A stretch of 64,000 bases of DNA from an uncultured Planctomycetota bacterium (GTDB lineage Bacteria; Planctomycetota; Planctomycetia; Isosphaerales; Isosphaeraceae): positions 352,001 through 416,000 of the forward strand of contig CAWJTV010000036.1 of NCBI GenBank assembly GCA_963845755.1, written 5' to 3'. Below are positions 11,082 through 23,358 of this stretch, one piece after another. The notes beneath the pieces were generated by a model. It was not told the origin of the DNA. It saw only the letters and a program-made list of their open reading frames with translations, and made no database searches. The translations under genes and the position numbers were made by a program. Positions within the stretch are counted from its first letter, which is position 1; every line of letters begins with the position of its first letter.

Positions 11082-11333
11082 GCCGATGGACCACGCCCGA
11101 CTGGCCAGGAAGGACCAGCGCGGCCGAGCGTCCCCGGCTCCCCGTCGGTCCCGATCCCGACCCGTCGCCCCGCCAGGATGTGATCCGAAGCCCGGATCCG
11201 CGGACGACTCTTGAGCGGGGTCCTCTCGTCGGGTTCAGGCTCGTGCTTCATTCGACGCGTGCGACGGCGGCTCATTTCGCGTGTCCGGACGGCTGCGGTT
11301 CCAACCGCGGCCGACCCGGCACGATTCGCGGAG

Positions 11334-13749
11334 TCAGGAGCCTTCAGGACGCATGGCCTCGATCAGCTCGTTCATCTGCTGATGGATCTGCTCTTCGGTC
11401 CTCCCAATCGCTCGCAACAGGCCGACGTAGTTGGCCCGGCGGATGCGGAACCCCGGGTGTTCGTGCCCGGTCTGGCGCTGGAACGCGATCGAGATCTGCA
11501 CCGCCCGCCGCATCAGGGGCTCGGCCTGGTCCAGGCGGTTGGTGGCCTGGAGCAATCGAGCCAGGTTGTTGAGGTCTCGGGCAACGTCGGGGTGGTCCGG
11601 GCCGTAGCTTTGCTCAGCGATGAGCAGGGCGCGGCGCGATCAGGGGCTCGGCCTGGTCCAGGCGGTTGGTGCCGTAAAGCAACGTCACCAGGTTGTTGAG
11701 TCGGATGGCGACTGTGGGGTGGTCCGGGCCGTAACTGTGCTCATCGATGAGCAGGGCGCGGCGGATCAGGGGCTCGGCCTGGTCCAGGCGGTTGGTGGCC
11801 TGGAGCAATTGAGCCAGGTTGTTGAGGTATCGGGCGACTTCGGGGTGGTCCGGGCCGTAACTGTGCTCAGCGATGAGCAGGGCGCGGCGGTAGAGCGGCT
11901 CGGCCTGATCCAAGCGGTTGGTGGCCTTCAGCAACTGAGCCAGGTTGTTGAGGTCGATGGCGACTGTGGGGTGGTGCGGGCCGTAGCTCCGCTCGGCGAT
12001 CGCCAGCGCCCGACGGAACAGCGGCTCGGCGACACGAAACTGGCCGCGGGCCTGCCAGTACAAAGCGAGTCGATCCATCAATCGGGAGGTCGGCTCGGCG
12101 ATCCCGGCCTCGTCCGCGGACCGGCTGACCGCCTCCGCATGCGCCGCCAGCGGCGTCCAGACCTCCCAGGTGCGGACGTCCTCGAGCTTCGTACTGGCGC
12201 GAAGGCGTTCACCGCGTCCAGGGCAACTTGCAAGATCGCCGTGCGGTTCGTCCGCGGGAATGCGGCCGCGGGTGATCTCCTGGACCAGCCGGTGGACCAG
12301 GACCGCGTCGCCCGAGGTGTCGAATCGCGCCAGCGAGAACCCCGCGAGGCCCGCCAGTGCTTCGCGGGGATCGGGAATCGCTTCAACCAGCGGCGCAGCG
12401 CCGAATAAGGATAGCGAAACGGGCTGTGGAGCGAGCCACGCCAGAACGTCGAGCAGTCTCCGCTCAGCCTCCGCCAACTGGGCGAACGTCGTCTCCCAGG
12501 TCACGGCCACACTGGCCGGGTACTTCATCAGCCGCAGGTCGTGCCAGCGGAGCACCTCGGGGCGCTTGGCCTCCCAGTGCTGGAGGTACTCGGAGAACGA
12601 GAGCCTCAGCTTGTCGATGTGCGCCCCGGCTTGCTCCAACGCCAGGGCCAGGCCGTCCAGCTCCTGGGCGATCGCAGCGGCCCGAGTAGCGTCATCGGCC
12701 GCCTTCCTCCGGTGTGGCGTCCGGTCCAGGAGGAACGCCTCGGCGTCGGCCCGCGCCAGGACGTCCAGCTCCAGCGGCTCGACGCCCGCGCCCCAGTTGC
12801 CGATCCGCGAGGTGATGAGCACGTGACCCTTCTGCAACCGCGCCAGCAGCTCCTCGATCGCCTCGGCGGTTTCCTCGGTGTTGACGTTATCGACGATCAG
12901 CAGCCAACCCGGATTCGCCTCCAGCCAGCCGAGGACCTGCGCCAGTTGCTCGTCGACCGAAGCCGTTTCCACCGACGTCCCCAGCACCGCAGCCAGGTTC
13001 GCCAGATTGGCCATCAGTTCCGCCACCGTGGGTGCCGAGACGAACAGCAGCGCGGTGTAATCACCGGCGTACCTCCAGGCATACTCGACCGCGACTCGCG
13101 TCTTGCCCACGCCACCCAGGCCATGGACGGCCAGCCGGTTCACGATGGCCGTCGCCCGCCCGTCGGGCACGCCGAGCCGGTTGCGGAGGTCGTCGAGGAA
13201 GGCCTCGCGGCCTTTGAAGAGCTTACCGATCGTGGCCAGCGGCAGGTTGCAAGGCTCATGCTCCGGATGCGCCGGCTCCCAGGGGAAGCGCAGCTCGGCG
13301 AGCTCGGCACGGAGCTGGTCGATGCTGGCGAACGCTCGCCAATCCTGGTCGCGCGAGACCTCGGCCCGGTAATCCTTCTGGAGCTGCCGGAGTTCGTCAC
13401 TCTCCCGCTTGTGCCTGTCGAACTTGGTCTTCTCGTCGGCCAGCAGCAAGTACACCGGCTTCTTGAGCTCGCGGGCGAGGTAGTACTCCCACTGGGTGTA
13501 CGAGCGCCGGGGCTGATCGGGCGGACGATCGGACGGCTCGGCGCCGTAGACCCAGCCGATCAGGCAGACGACCGCGTCGCACTGCGCGATCCGCTCCTTC
13601 AGCATCGTGTGGATCTGCTGGAAGGTGAGGTGGAAGAGCTCCTGGTAATCGACCGGATAGCCACGCTTCATAAACGACTTGCTAGCCAACTCGCGATAGC
13701 TTTTCAGGTCGCGGCTGGTGGCGCTGATGAAGATGCGTTCGTTCCGCAT
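11334..13749 (-). CDS. DUF4062 - NB-ARC-like P-loop NTPase - TPR protein, copy 1 (frameshifted)
   Basis: MRNERIFISATSRDL...RRSYTQWEY (DUF4062-like); Walker A HGLGGVGKT; WLLIVDNV; LDGLALALEQAGA; YGPDHPxVAxxLNNLA TPR repeats; C-terminus MRPEGS* in ORF 11334..11555. Confidence 0.85.
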
Positions 13750-13969
13750 GGCAAGCCGGTGCCTTCCGACGCGGGAGTCGGCCGGCGCCGCGACCACGCC
13801 CGGGTCGCGGGCGCTTCGGCGGCGATGGGATCGGGGCCGCGTCGGGTTGATTCTACGGCAGGGTCAGGCTGGGAGAAACACGCCAGGGCGTTAACTGAAC
13901 GAGGGGACCCTGGGAAATCCGCTGGATTTTCGAGACGTCGCGTGCCAGACCACCGCGGGTCCGGAGTCC

Positions 13970-14081
13970 CTCGTTCCCACGGTCCCCGTGGGAATGCCGT
14001 CCTCGACGCTCCGCGTCGTCCGACCGGACCGGCAGAGGCGGGAAGGGCTCAGGCGGCAGGGACGCAGAGCGTGGGAACGAG
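13970..14081. repeat. REP-like palindromic element, second copy
   Basis: CTCGTTCCCACG...GTGGGAATGCCGTCCT...CGTGGGAACGAG; homologous to 9583-9686. Confidence 0.75.
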
Positions 14082-14175
14082 CAAGAAGCCCAGTGTCCCG
14101 CAGCGCACCCTGGGAGCGTACTCGCGCCGGAAGTAGAATACGGGGAAGGCTTCCCACGAATGGAGGACTGGGCCG

Positions 14176-14529
14176 ATGCGTGAAACGAAGATCATCAAGA
14201 CTGGCCGCGGGCCGGAGATTGCCGGCACGCGGATCACGGTCTACGACGTCATCGAATACTACAAGACGGGATGGCACCGCGACATGATCGCGGCCATCCT
14301 GAGCCTCAGCTCGCACGAGGTCGAGGCCGCGATCCGGTACATCGAGGAACATCGGGACGAGGTGATGGCGAGCTACGAGAAGAACATGGAGCGGATTCGT
14401 CAGGGCAACCCGCCCGAGCTCCAGGCCAAGCTCGACGCCGGCCATGAACGGTTTCTCGCCATGGTCCGAGAGCGCCGCGAGGCCAAGGAGCGGGAGGGGT
14501 CGGATGCGGGGCATTCTGGCGGACATTAA
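14176..14529 (+). CDS. DUF433 family antitoxin-like protein, copy 3
   Basis: GRGPEIAGTRITVYDVIEYYKTGWHRDMIAAILSLSSHEVEAAIRY; GGAGG RBS upstream. Confidence 0.85.
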   Translation: MRETKIIKTGRGPEIAGTRITVYDVIEYYKTGWHRDMIAAILSLSSHEVEAAIRYIEEHRDEVMASYEKNMERIRQGNPPELQAKLDAGHERFLAMVRERREAKEREGSDAGHSGGH

Positions 14530-14912
14530 CGTGGTCGGACAGCAGCGACGCGCTCCTGGCGATCTGGACATCTGACAACTGGCGCGATTTCTGGAATAGC
14601 CTGGGATTGGTCGCGGAAAGCTTCCGGACTCTGGGGTTGTCCCACAACGAATCCGATGCAGTAATCTGGCGAACCTGCCAGCGAGAGGGGCTGGTCTTGA
14701 TCACAGGGAATAGGAACGACGATGGCCCGACTTCCTTGGAGGCGACGATCCGCAATGAGAACCAGCCGGACAGCCTGCCGGTGATCACCATCGGGGACGC
14801 CGATCGCGTGCTTCGAGATCGTATCTATGCCGAGAAGGTCGCCGAGCGGTTGCTCGACTACCTGATGCGGATCGACGAGGTCCGCGGCACGGGGCGGATC
14901 TACGTGCCGTGA
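14504..14912 (+). CDS. DUF5615-like PIN toxin, copy 2 (frameshift ~14555)
   Basis: MRGILADINVVG..., then SDAVIWRTCQREGLVLITGNRN...GTGRIYVP*, paralogous to 10674-11081. Confidence 0.75.
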
Positions 14913-14941
14913 CTCCCCTCGCGGAAGACGGAGGGACGCCG

Positions 14942-15439
14942 ATGTACCGGTTCCGCTGGCGACTGCGAACGTTCATGGTTTTCATCGTCGTGGTCGCCGT
15001 CGAGTTGGGGATCCACGTCGAGTTGAGGCGGCGCGGCCAAGCCTACCGCCAGGCGGCCGAGTATCACCGCAGTGCGAGCTTCCAGCTCGACGGGGACCAT
15101 CGGAGCGGTCTCTGTTCCCGCGGCCGATCGCAGAAGCAGAGGGACGCGGAGGACCCCCGCCAGGCCGCCGAGCGAAAGGCGCCCACGAGGCATCCGAATA
15201 CCACGCCCGGCTGGCCCGGAAATACCAGCGCGCGGCCGAGTGTGCCTGGCTTCCCGTCGTCCCCGACCCGCCACCCCCGCCGGGGAGTTATCCGAAGCTC
15301 GTCTCCGCGGACGACTATTGAGCGGGGTCCTCTCGTCGGGATCCGGCTCGTGCCCCTAGCGCCACACGGATCGGTTGCGCACACGATGACGGCCGATCTC
15401 CGGCGGCCCAACGGGCCGCGGGAGCCCAGCCCCGGGTGA
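14942..15439 (+). CDS. Small single-TM hypothetical protein
   Basis: MYRFRWRLRTFMVFIVVVAVELGIHVELRRR with GGAGG RBS; 3' part probably frameshifted; a 3' remnant of a paralog sits at ~11085-11180. Confidence 0.5.
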   Translation: MYRFRWRLRTFMVFIVVVAVELGIHVELRRRGQAYRQAAEYHRSASFQLDGDHRSGLCSRGRSQKQRDAEDPRQAAERKAPTRHPNTTPGWPGNTSARPSVPGFPSSPTRHPRRGVIRSSSPRTTIERGPLVGIRLVPLAPHGSVAHTMTADLRRPNGPREPSPG

Positions 15440-15572
15440 AACCCGGGGGGCGTGACCAGACCCCCCGACCACCGGCGGCCTGAAGGGCCGCAGGCGAGTC
15501 GCCGACACCCCTTCCGTGTGCCCGACGGGGTGCGATGCAATCGAGCCCCGGGGAGGCTCACCGGGCTGGGCT
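15423..15572. repeat. Palindromic REP/MITE-like element
   Basis: AGCCCAGCCCCGGGTGAAACCCGGGG ... CCCCGGGGAGGCTCACCGGGCTGGGCT inverted ends; lies in a ~350-bp segment absent from the paralogous module. Confidence 0.5.
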
Positions 15573-15786
15573 CCCGCGGCTCGTCGGGCCGCCCGAAGAC
15601 GTTCGACAACCTCGGCCACAATGACCCCAACGCCGACCCGCACTCGGACAGCACGATTCGAGTACGCGCGTCGGGTGCTCAACCTAATCGTGGGTCGCTC
15701 TCACTCGACGCGTGCGACAACGTCTCATGTCGAGTGTTCGTGCGGCTGCGGATCCAACGGCGGCCTACCCGAAACGATTCGCGGAG

Positions 15787-17975
15787 TCAGGAGCCTTCGG
15801 GACGCATGGCCTCGACCAGTTCGCTCAACTGCTGCTGGATCTGCTCCTCGGTCTTCCCCATGGCTTGCAGAAGGCCGACGTAGTTGGCCTGGACGGTGCG
15901 GAAGTTTCGGGTGCTCGTGCCCGGTCTGGCGCTGGAATGCGATCAAGATCTGCACCGCCCGCCACATCAGCGGCTGGGCCTGTTCCAGGCGGTTGGTGTC
16001 CTGCAGCAACTGAGCCAGGTTGTTGAGGTCGATGGCGACGTCGGGGTGGTCCGGGCCGTAGCTGGTGCTCATCGATGAGCAGGACGCGGCGATAGAGCGG
16101 CTCGGCCTGTTCCAGGCGGTTGGTGTCCTGCAGCAACGGGCCAGGTTGTTGAGGGCGGTGGCGACGGTTGGGGTGGTCCGGGCCGTAACTCCGCTCGTCG
16201 ATCGCTAGCACCCGACGGAACAGCGGCTCGGCCGAGAGGAACTGGCCGCGGGCTTGCCAGTACAGACCCAGTTGATTCATCAACTGGTCCGTCGGCTCGG
16301 CGATTCCGGCCTCGTCCGCGAACCGGCTGACCGCCCCCGCATGCGCCGCCAGGGGCGTCCAGACCGCCCAGGTGCGGACGTCATCGGCATCGGTCGGGGC
16401 CAAGGCATTCACGGTGTCCAGGGCGACTTGCAGGGCCTCGATGCGCTCGGCCGCGGGGATGCGGCCGCGGGTGATCTCCTGCACCAGCCGGTGGACCTCC
16501 ACGGTGTCGGCCTCGGCCGCGGACCGCACCAGCGAGAATCCTTCCAGGTCCGCCAGGCGGTCCCGCGCCTCGGGCACGGCCGCCGCCAGCGGCTCCGCCT
16601 CGAAAACCCGGAGCGGGATCGGCTCCGGGGCCAGCCAGGACAGCACCTCGAGCAGCCGCCGTCCGCGCGCGCCGACCTGGGAGAAGGTCGTCTCCCAGGT
16701 CGCGGCCACGCTGAGCGGATACCCCATCACCTGCTCGTCATGCCACGTCAGGACGTCGGCCCGCTTCGCCTGCCAGCGCCCGAGATACTCGGCGAAGCTC
16801 AGCCGTAGCTTGTCGATGTAGGCCCCGGCCTGCTCCAGGGCCAGGGCCAGGCCGTCCAGCTCGCGGGCGATCTCGGCGACGCGGGCCGCGTCGTCGGGCT
16901 TGTGGCGGCGGTGCGGGGTCCGCTCGAGCAGGAAGGCGACGGCGTCGGCCTGGTCCAGCAGGTGCAGCCCCAGGGGCTCGACGCCGGCCCGCCAGTTGGC
17001 GATCCGCGAGGTGATCAGGACGTGGCCGGCGCGGAGCTGGGCGAGGAGCCGATGGACCTCCCCGGCGGCCTCCGCGGTGTCGACGTTATCGAGGATCAGC
17101 AGCCAGCCGGGATGGGCGTCGAGCCAGCGGAGGACCTCGGCCAGGCGCGGCTCGACTTCGGTCTGGGCCGTGGCGATCGCCAGCACGCCGACCAGGTCGG
17201 CCAGTCTGGCGCGGAGCTCGGCGGCGGAGGGGGCCGACACGAACAGCAAGGCGGTATAGTCGTCCCCGAACCGCCAGGCGTACTCGATGGCCGCGCGGGT
17301 CTTGCCGACGCCGCCGAGGCCGTGCACGGCCTGTCGGGCGACAATCGCCGTTGCGCGGCCCTTCACGGCGCCGAGCCTGTGCCGCAGGTCGTCCAGGAAC
17401 GCGTCCCGCCCTTTGAATAGCGTGCCCAGCGTTGCATCAGGCAGATTGTTCGGCCTGCGGTCCGGATCACGCACCCGGAAGCCATCGCGGAGCGCCAGGC
17501 GGCAGAGTGCGTCCAGCGATCCGAACGGGTTGCGATCTTCGCCGCTGTTGTGGATCGCGGCGAGAAACGCCTGTTGCAGCTCCGATTGCTCCGCCGTCTG
17601 TTCGGCCGGGGGAGCATGCGCCTTGAGGTAATCCGCCGTCGCCACGTAGACATGGATGTCCTTGCGTGGGGCCTTCGAGCCGTCCAGGCGTTCCCCCAGG
17701 GCGAAGTGATACTCCCACTGCGTATACGATCGCCGTGGCCGTCCCTGGGGCCGAGCTCCTGTCTCCGGCTCGTACCCGTATGCGTCGCCCACCAGGGCGA
17801 TCACGCGGTCGCAGCCGGCGATGTAGGCTTCGAGCTTCTCCAGCAGGGTCCGGCCGTGCTGCTGGAAGTCCTCCTGCACCGTGACCTCGACCCCCACCGC
17901 CCGCAGGTCGCTGGCCAGCGCATTGCGGCAGTCGCGGAACTGGCTCGATACTGCGGACAGGAAGATCTTCATCAT
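15787..17975 (-). CDS. DUF4062 - NB-ARC-like P-loop NTPase - TPR protein, copy 2 (frameshifted 3' end)
   Basis: MMKIFLSAVSSQFRDCRNAL...RRSYTQWEY; HGLGGVGKT; WLLILDNVD; TPR repeats; 3' end homologous to copy 1, TGA at 15787-15789. Confidence 0.85.
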
Positions 17976-18641
17976 TGGGGATGCCCACCCCTCGACCTCG
18001 AGGCGCGACCACGGCGATCTCCCGGTGGAACGTGGCCCCGGCGCTCCATCGGCCGATCAGACCGCTACCACCAGGATATCCAGCTTCGAAATCGGTCGCA
18101 CAATCCGCCATTCGCCCCCGAGGGAACCCACCGCCGGTGCTTCGCTAAACCACAGGCTTTAATTTTTTTCCAAATTTTTTAACCCCCGTCATGGTCGAGA
18201 GTTCGGAAGCAAGACTGAGCAAACGGCGCGATAGGTGCATTTAAGAAAATCAAAAGTTGAGGCATCCTGATAATTAGAGTCACGGATTGTGCGCGCGGGA
18301 GTGGTCCGGCGCCGCTTGTGGCATGATCCCATCCCGCCTTCGCTGACGACTCACCGATGACCCATGACCACGGTTCCAGGCCCCGCCGCAATCTGCGAAC
18401 CGTGACGAGCCAGGCAGGGGAGGCCTCGCTTAAAAGCTGCCACCTTGTGCCATTCTCGGCTATCAATTATTCGCCCGAAATTGAAGAATTCATTGAGGTT
18501 AACTCGACGATGCCGGTGTGGGCCGGCCGACCCCCAGTGCCAACGGCTGTCTCCGCCCGTTTGGCGGTTTTCGTTCGAGAGTCGGAAATGCCGGATCGAG
18601 GCGTCGAGCCGCGGCGCCGTGCATGCAGGGAGCTGCCAACG

Positions 18642-21628
18642 ATGAGCCGATGGTCGATGCGCGTCGCGTTCTGGTGCGTGATCCTCCTGTCCACGGCGAA
18701 CGCCGCGGCCCGTGGCCAGGAACCGGGCAAGGCCGGTGGGTTCACACCGGAAGAGGCGGCAAAGCGGATGGTTGTGCCGGAGGGGTTCCACGTCGAGGTC
18801 TTCGCAGCCGAGCCGATGGTGCGTCAGCCGGTGACCGCCAGCTTCGACGAGCGGGGGCGGCTCTGGGTCGTCGAATACTTGCAGTACCCCAACCCGGCCG
18901 GGCTCAAGCCGGTGACGGTCAACCAGTATCTCCGGACCGAGTACGACAAGATGCCCGAGCCGCCGCCTCGGGGAGTGCGGGGTGCGGACCGGATCAAGAT
19001 CCTGGAGGACACCGATGGCGACGGCCGCGCCGATTCGGTCAAGGTCTTCGCCGAGGGGTTGAACCTGGCCTCGGCGCTGGCCGTCGGGCATGGCGGCGTG
19101 TTCGTCGGCCAGGCACCTTACCTGCTCTTCTACCCCGATCGCGACCACGACGATCGGCCCGACGGCGACCCCGAGGTCATGCTCACGGGGTTCGGGCTCC
19201 AGGACGCACACGCGGTGGTCAACTCGATGACCTGGGGGCCGGACGGCTGGCTGTATGGAGCCCAGGGGAGCACGGTCACCGCCCAGATCCGCGGCTACGG
19301 GTTCCAGCAAGGCATCTGGCGATATCATCCCCGGACCCGCCAGTTCGAGCTCTTCGCCGAGGGGGGCGGCAACACCTGGGGACTCGACTTCGACCTTGCC
19401 GGCAACGCCTTCGGCAGCAGTAACGGCGCGTACATCACCTTTCACATGGTCCAGGGCGGATATTACCTCAAGGGCTTCGCCAAGCACGGACCGCTCCACA
19501 ACCCGCACGCTTATGGCTATTTCGGCCCGATCGCCTACCAGGGGACCAAGCACGGCGGACACGTCACGCCGGGCGGGATCATCTACAAGGGCGACGCGTT
19601 GCCGCCGTCGTTTCGCGGCACCTTCATCGGGGGCAACCTGCTGTCGAACGCCGTCTACTGGCACGTCCTGGAGCGAAAGGGCTCGACGTTCGCCGGCCGG
19701 CACGGTGGGACGCTCATCGATTCTCGCGACCGGTGGTGCCGGCCGATCGACCTCCTCGCCGGGCCCGATGCCGCCATCTATGTTGTGGACTGGTACGACA
19801 AGCGCACCGCCCATCTCGACCCCCGCGACACCTGGGATCGGACCAATGGGCGGATCTATCGCGTGGTCTATGGGACCCGGCGGAAGATCGAGCCCTTCAA
19901 CCTGGCGAAACGGACCTCCACCGAACTCGTCGCCTTGCGGACCAGCACCAACGACTGGTTCCCGGCGGAGGCCCGGCGACATCCTCGCCGAGCGCCGGGA
20001 TCCGTCCATCGTGCCCCTGTTGAAGCGGATGCTGACCTCTGACCGCGACGAGACCGTGGCTCTCCGCGATCTCTGGGCGTTGCATGTCAGCGGCGGGCTC
20101 GACGACGCGACGGCGATGCAGCTCTTGGAGCATCCAGTCGCGGGCGTGAGGCGCTGGACCCTCCGGCTGCTGGGCGACGATCATCGGATGAACCGGGATC
20201 TCCGAGCGAAGCTCGAGGCCCTGGCGACCACGGAGCCCGACGCGATGGTCCGAAGCCAGCTCGCGTCGAGTTGCCAGCGATGGGAGGCCAACGACGCACT
20301 GTCGATCCTGGACGGACTGGTCCGGCATGACGAGGATCTTCAGGATCCCTATATCCCAAACCAGGTCTGGTGGGCATTCGAGCGACAATTGCGACAGGAT
20401 CGCGACGCGGTGATCGCCCTGCTGTGTACGGCGGACCTGGCCCACACCCCCCTGCTCCGCGTCGCAGTGCTCGAGCGCGTGGCACGGGCCCTGGCGTCGG
20501 ACGGTTCCGACGGCGACTACGGGGCGTTGGCCCGCCTGTTGGCGGCCGCGCACGGACCGGATTCGGTCGCTCGGATCCTGACCGGGATGGAGAAAGGACT
20601 TGAGGGCCGGAAGCTCGCGCGGACGCCCACGCCGCTCGTCGAGCCCCTGGCGCGGATCTGGTCCGCGGGGCAACCTGCACCGGGCGCGGACCTGATCCGC
20701 CTGGCCGCCCGGATGGGGGATGCTCCGGCGATCGAGGCGGCGGTCCGCAAGGCTCGCGACTCGCGCCGCCCCGTCCGACCGGATCACCATGATCGAGCTC
20801 CTCGGCCAGCTCGGCCGATTCGACGACCTTTCCACTCTCCTCGAGATCCTCAACCGTGACCCGAATGCGACCATCCAGCTCGCCGCGGTTGCTGCATTGG
20901 GGGGTTACTCCCAGCCGACGATTGCTCAACCGCTGATTGAACGCTACCGGTCGGCCACGGCCAGCATTCGCGCCAGGATCCTGGGATTACTCGGCACCCG
21001 ACGGCCGTGGGCTGCCGCCTTGCTGGATGCGATCGAGCGCCGACAGATCGCCGCGAAGGACTTGAGCGCCGCGAACGTCCAGCTCATCGCGCGGTTGTCC
21101 GACCCGGCACTGCTGGCCCGGCTGGAGGCCGCCTGGGGAAAGATCCCCCGCGTGGGCTCGCCCGAGAAGAAGCAGCGGATCGCCGAGATCCGCGGCCTGC
21201 TCCCCGAGGGCGATAAGGGAAACGCCGCGCGCGGCAAGCCGATCTTCAAAGAGAACTGCGCCGTCTGCCACAAGCTCTTCAACGAGGGGGAATCGATCGG
21301 TCCGGATCTCACCGGTTCCGAGCGCGGCGACCTCGATTTCCTCATGGCCAGCCTGGTGGATCCCAGCGCGCTGGTCCGCAAGGAGTACCAGTCCCAGACG
21401 CTCGCCCTCCGCGACGGCCGGGTCTTGACCGGACTGGTCGTCAACGAGAACGACCGGTCTTTGACACTGGTCGACAGCAACCGACAGAAGACGGTCATCC
21501 CTCGGGAGGCGGTCGAGGAGGCCAAGGCGTCGGAGGTCTCGCTCATGCCGGAGGGTCTGCTCGACAAACTGACCGAGCCGCAGATCCGCGACCTGTTCCG
21601 ATACGTCCAGAGCTCGGGCGGGCGTTGA
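18642..21628 (+). CDS. PVC-type heme-binding CxxCH protein (beta-propeller dehydrogenase-like + HEAT + cytochrome c), frameshifted ~19975 and ~20760
   Basis: Signal peptide; PEGFHVEVFAAEPMVRQP, DRIKILEDTDGDGRAD, WGPDGWLYG; C-terminal CAVCH...IGPDLTG...SLMPEGL. Confidence 0.88.
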
Positions 21629-21759
21629 GGTGGCCCAGCGAGCATACCCGCCAGCCGCAAAAACGAATCACCGTGGTGCTGGATCAGCCAATTTCTACAC
21701 TTGCCGAATTCGTGAATCTGTGCAGTCCTCACCGTAGTCTCGCACCTGGCGGTCCATCA

Positions 21760-23203
<1,444 letters not shown>

Positions 23204-23262
23204 GGGTTCGATGGCTAGGGCCTGTGTCGCGCCATCCTCGCCGAGGGGGGTATCCGGCCCTT

Positions 23263-23325
23263 GTAAGGTGGGTGAAACCCACCGGCATCGGGGGGCCGAT
23301 CCTCGTTGGGTTTCACCCACCCTAC
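23263..23325. repeat. GTAG-type REP doublet
   Basis: GTAAGGTGGGTGAAACCCACC ... GTTGGGTTTCACCCACCCTAC inverted pair between PSD1 and DUF1501 genes. Confidence 0.7.
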
Positions 23326-23358
23326 GGGGAGGCGCTGATCGTCACCGGCCCGTCGCAA

